Shown here piece by piece: positions 63,016-64,000 of a DNA stretch of 64,000 nucleotides. This stretch comes from Leucoraja erinacea (lineage: Eukaryota): assembly GCF_028641065.1 (NCBI RefSeq), contig NC_073396.1, positions 13,454,001-13,518,000 of the forward strand, given 5' to 3'. Each line of letters opens with the position of its first letter. The stretch's first letter is position 1. Made by a program: the position numbers and the translations under genes. The notes beneath the pieces are model-generated. The model was not told the origin of the DNA. It worked only from the letters and a program-made list of their open reading frames with translations, and did no database searches.

Positions 63016-63172
63016 TTAGATATTGCTCTTAGGGCTAACAGAGATATGGGGAGAAAGTAGGAACGAGGTACTGATTCTGGATGATCAGCCATGATCATAT
63101 TGAATGGCGATGCTGGCTCGAAGGGCCGAATGGCCTACTCCTGCACCTATTTATATGTATCTATGTCTCTAT
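63016..63172 (+). mobile_element. CR1/HER1 3' end (continuation from ~62779)
   Basis: gatcagccatgatcatattgaatggcg.tgctggctcgaagggccgaatggcctactcctgcacc. Confidence 0.88.
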
Positions 63173-63889
63173 GATGAACTCTTGAATGATTACCTGCTAC
63201 TTAAAGCCATAACAAGTAGCTCAAATAGACTCTCTCCTGATTTGGTTTGTTATTATCCTCTCATTACCAAATTGTTTTATTTAATCTTTCCTAAAACTGA
63301 AAATTGCCAGTCCTGGTGTAATCAGTAAAGTTCTGCTGAACTATCTCCTTGCCCTTGACATTTCCTGTAGATCAAGGTAATCGTAGAATGTCAGAATTAA
63401 TCTGTGCCAAACATTATTCAACGCTCATTTAAAATTGGATACATATTGACACTGGAGAGAATGAATTTTAAAAATATTCATTTTCTGGGAGTGCATCAAT
63501 GATTAGAAACTCACAGCATGTTTCAGCTATCGAAAGACTCCGATGAATGTAACATACTGCTGGATCGCTGTTATGATTTTTGTTACTATGATGTTAAATA
63601 CACTTAACGGCCAATTACAGGGTTTCAATTCTGCGTAGCTGGCCATTGTGTTCAACAATTATTCGGGTCACATAATTCTGGTTGAAACATAAATCACAAT
63701 TTCAATCTGTCCAATTATTTGAGCACTATTTATTTAATACGTAGTTGTCACAACTGCTGCTATTTCGCTGGGGGAGCAGATTGCTAAATTATTGCCCGCT
63801 GCTTTCAGGGGAGTGAGGAAATATATAGAGAGTGAGCTGCCTCTCCCAGCCTGAGTAATCCTAATTACATGTTTCCCTCTGCCTACAGG

Positions 63890-64000
63890 GTCAGAGAGTC
63901 ATGGAGTGATACAGTGTGGAAACAGGCCCTTCAGCTCAACTTGTCCACTCCGGTCAGCATGTCCCAGCTACACTAGTCCTACCTGCCCACGTTTGGTCCA
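63890..64000 (-). mobile_element. CR1 3' tip
   Basis: gagtcatggagtgatacagtgtggaaacaggcccttc. Confidence 0.7.

Noticed and set aside
62651-63032. Similar peptides on both strands
   Set aside because: Consequence of the MITE's inverted arms.
1-64000. Host protein-coding genes among the listed ORFs
   Set aside because: All recognisable peptides are TE fragments; the rest are short chance ORFs. Small spliced exons cannot be excluded without RNA data.

Overview
Repeat-saturated, apparently non-coding vertebrate DNA, either a large intron or intergenic. The repeat set points to a cartilaginous fish, probably a skate or ray (inference): HE1-type V-SINEs, HER1/CR1 LINE 3' ends and SacSINE1/Deu-type SINE remnants. 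I recognise no host protein-coding exon; every recognisable peptide is retroelement-derived (CR1, L2, Rex1/Babar, RTE-X, RTE-BovB, L1, Penelope GIY-YIG). There are PIF/Harbinger-like and hAT-like DNA-transposon pieces and three assembly gaps. The most notable signal is a very abundant (>20 copies) ~95-135 bp repeat. It carries a minimal type I hammerhead-ribozyme motif (CUGAnGA-A-stem II with YUCG tetraloop-GAAAC-GUH). It is physically linked to Penelope-like GIY-YIG ORF ends. It also occurs as tiny solo or inverted insertions with 9-15 bp target-site duplications. Several TE-free islands rich in homeodomain-type motifs are candidate conserved non-coding elements. Boundaries of degenerate repeats are approximate, and family names come from recalled motifs, not database searches.
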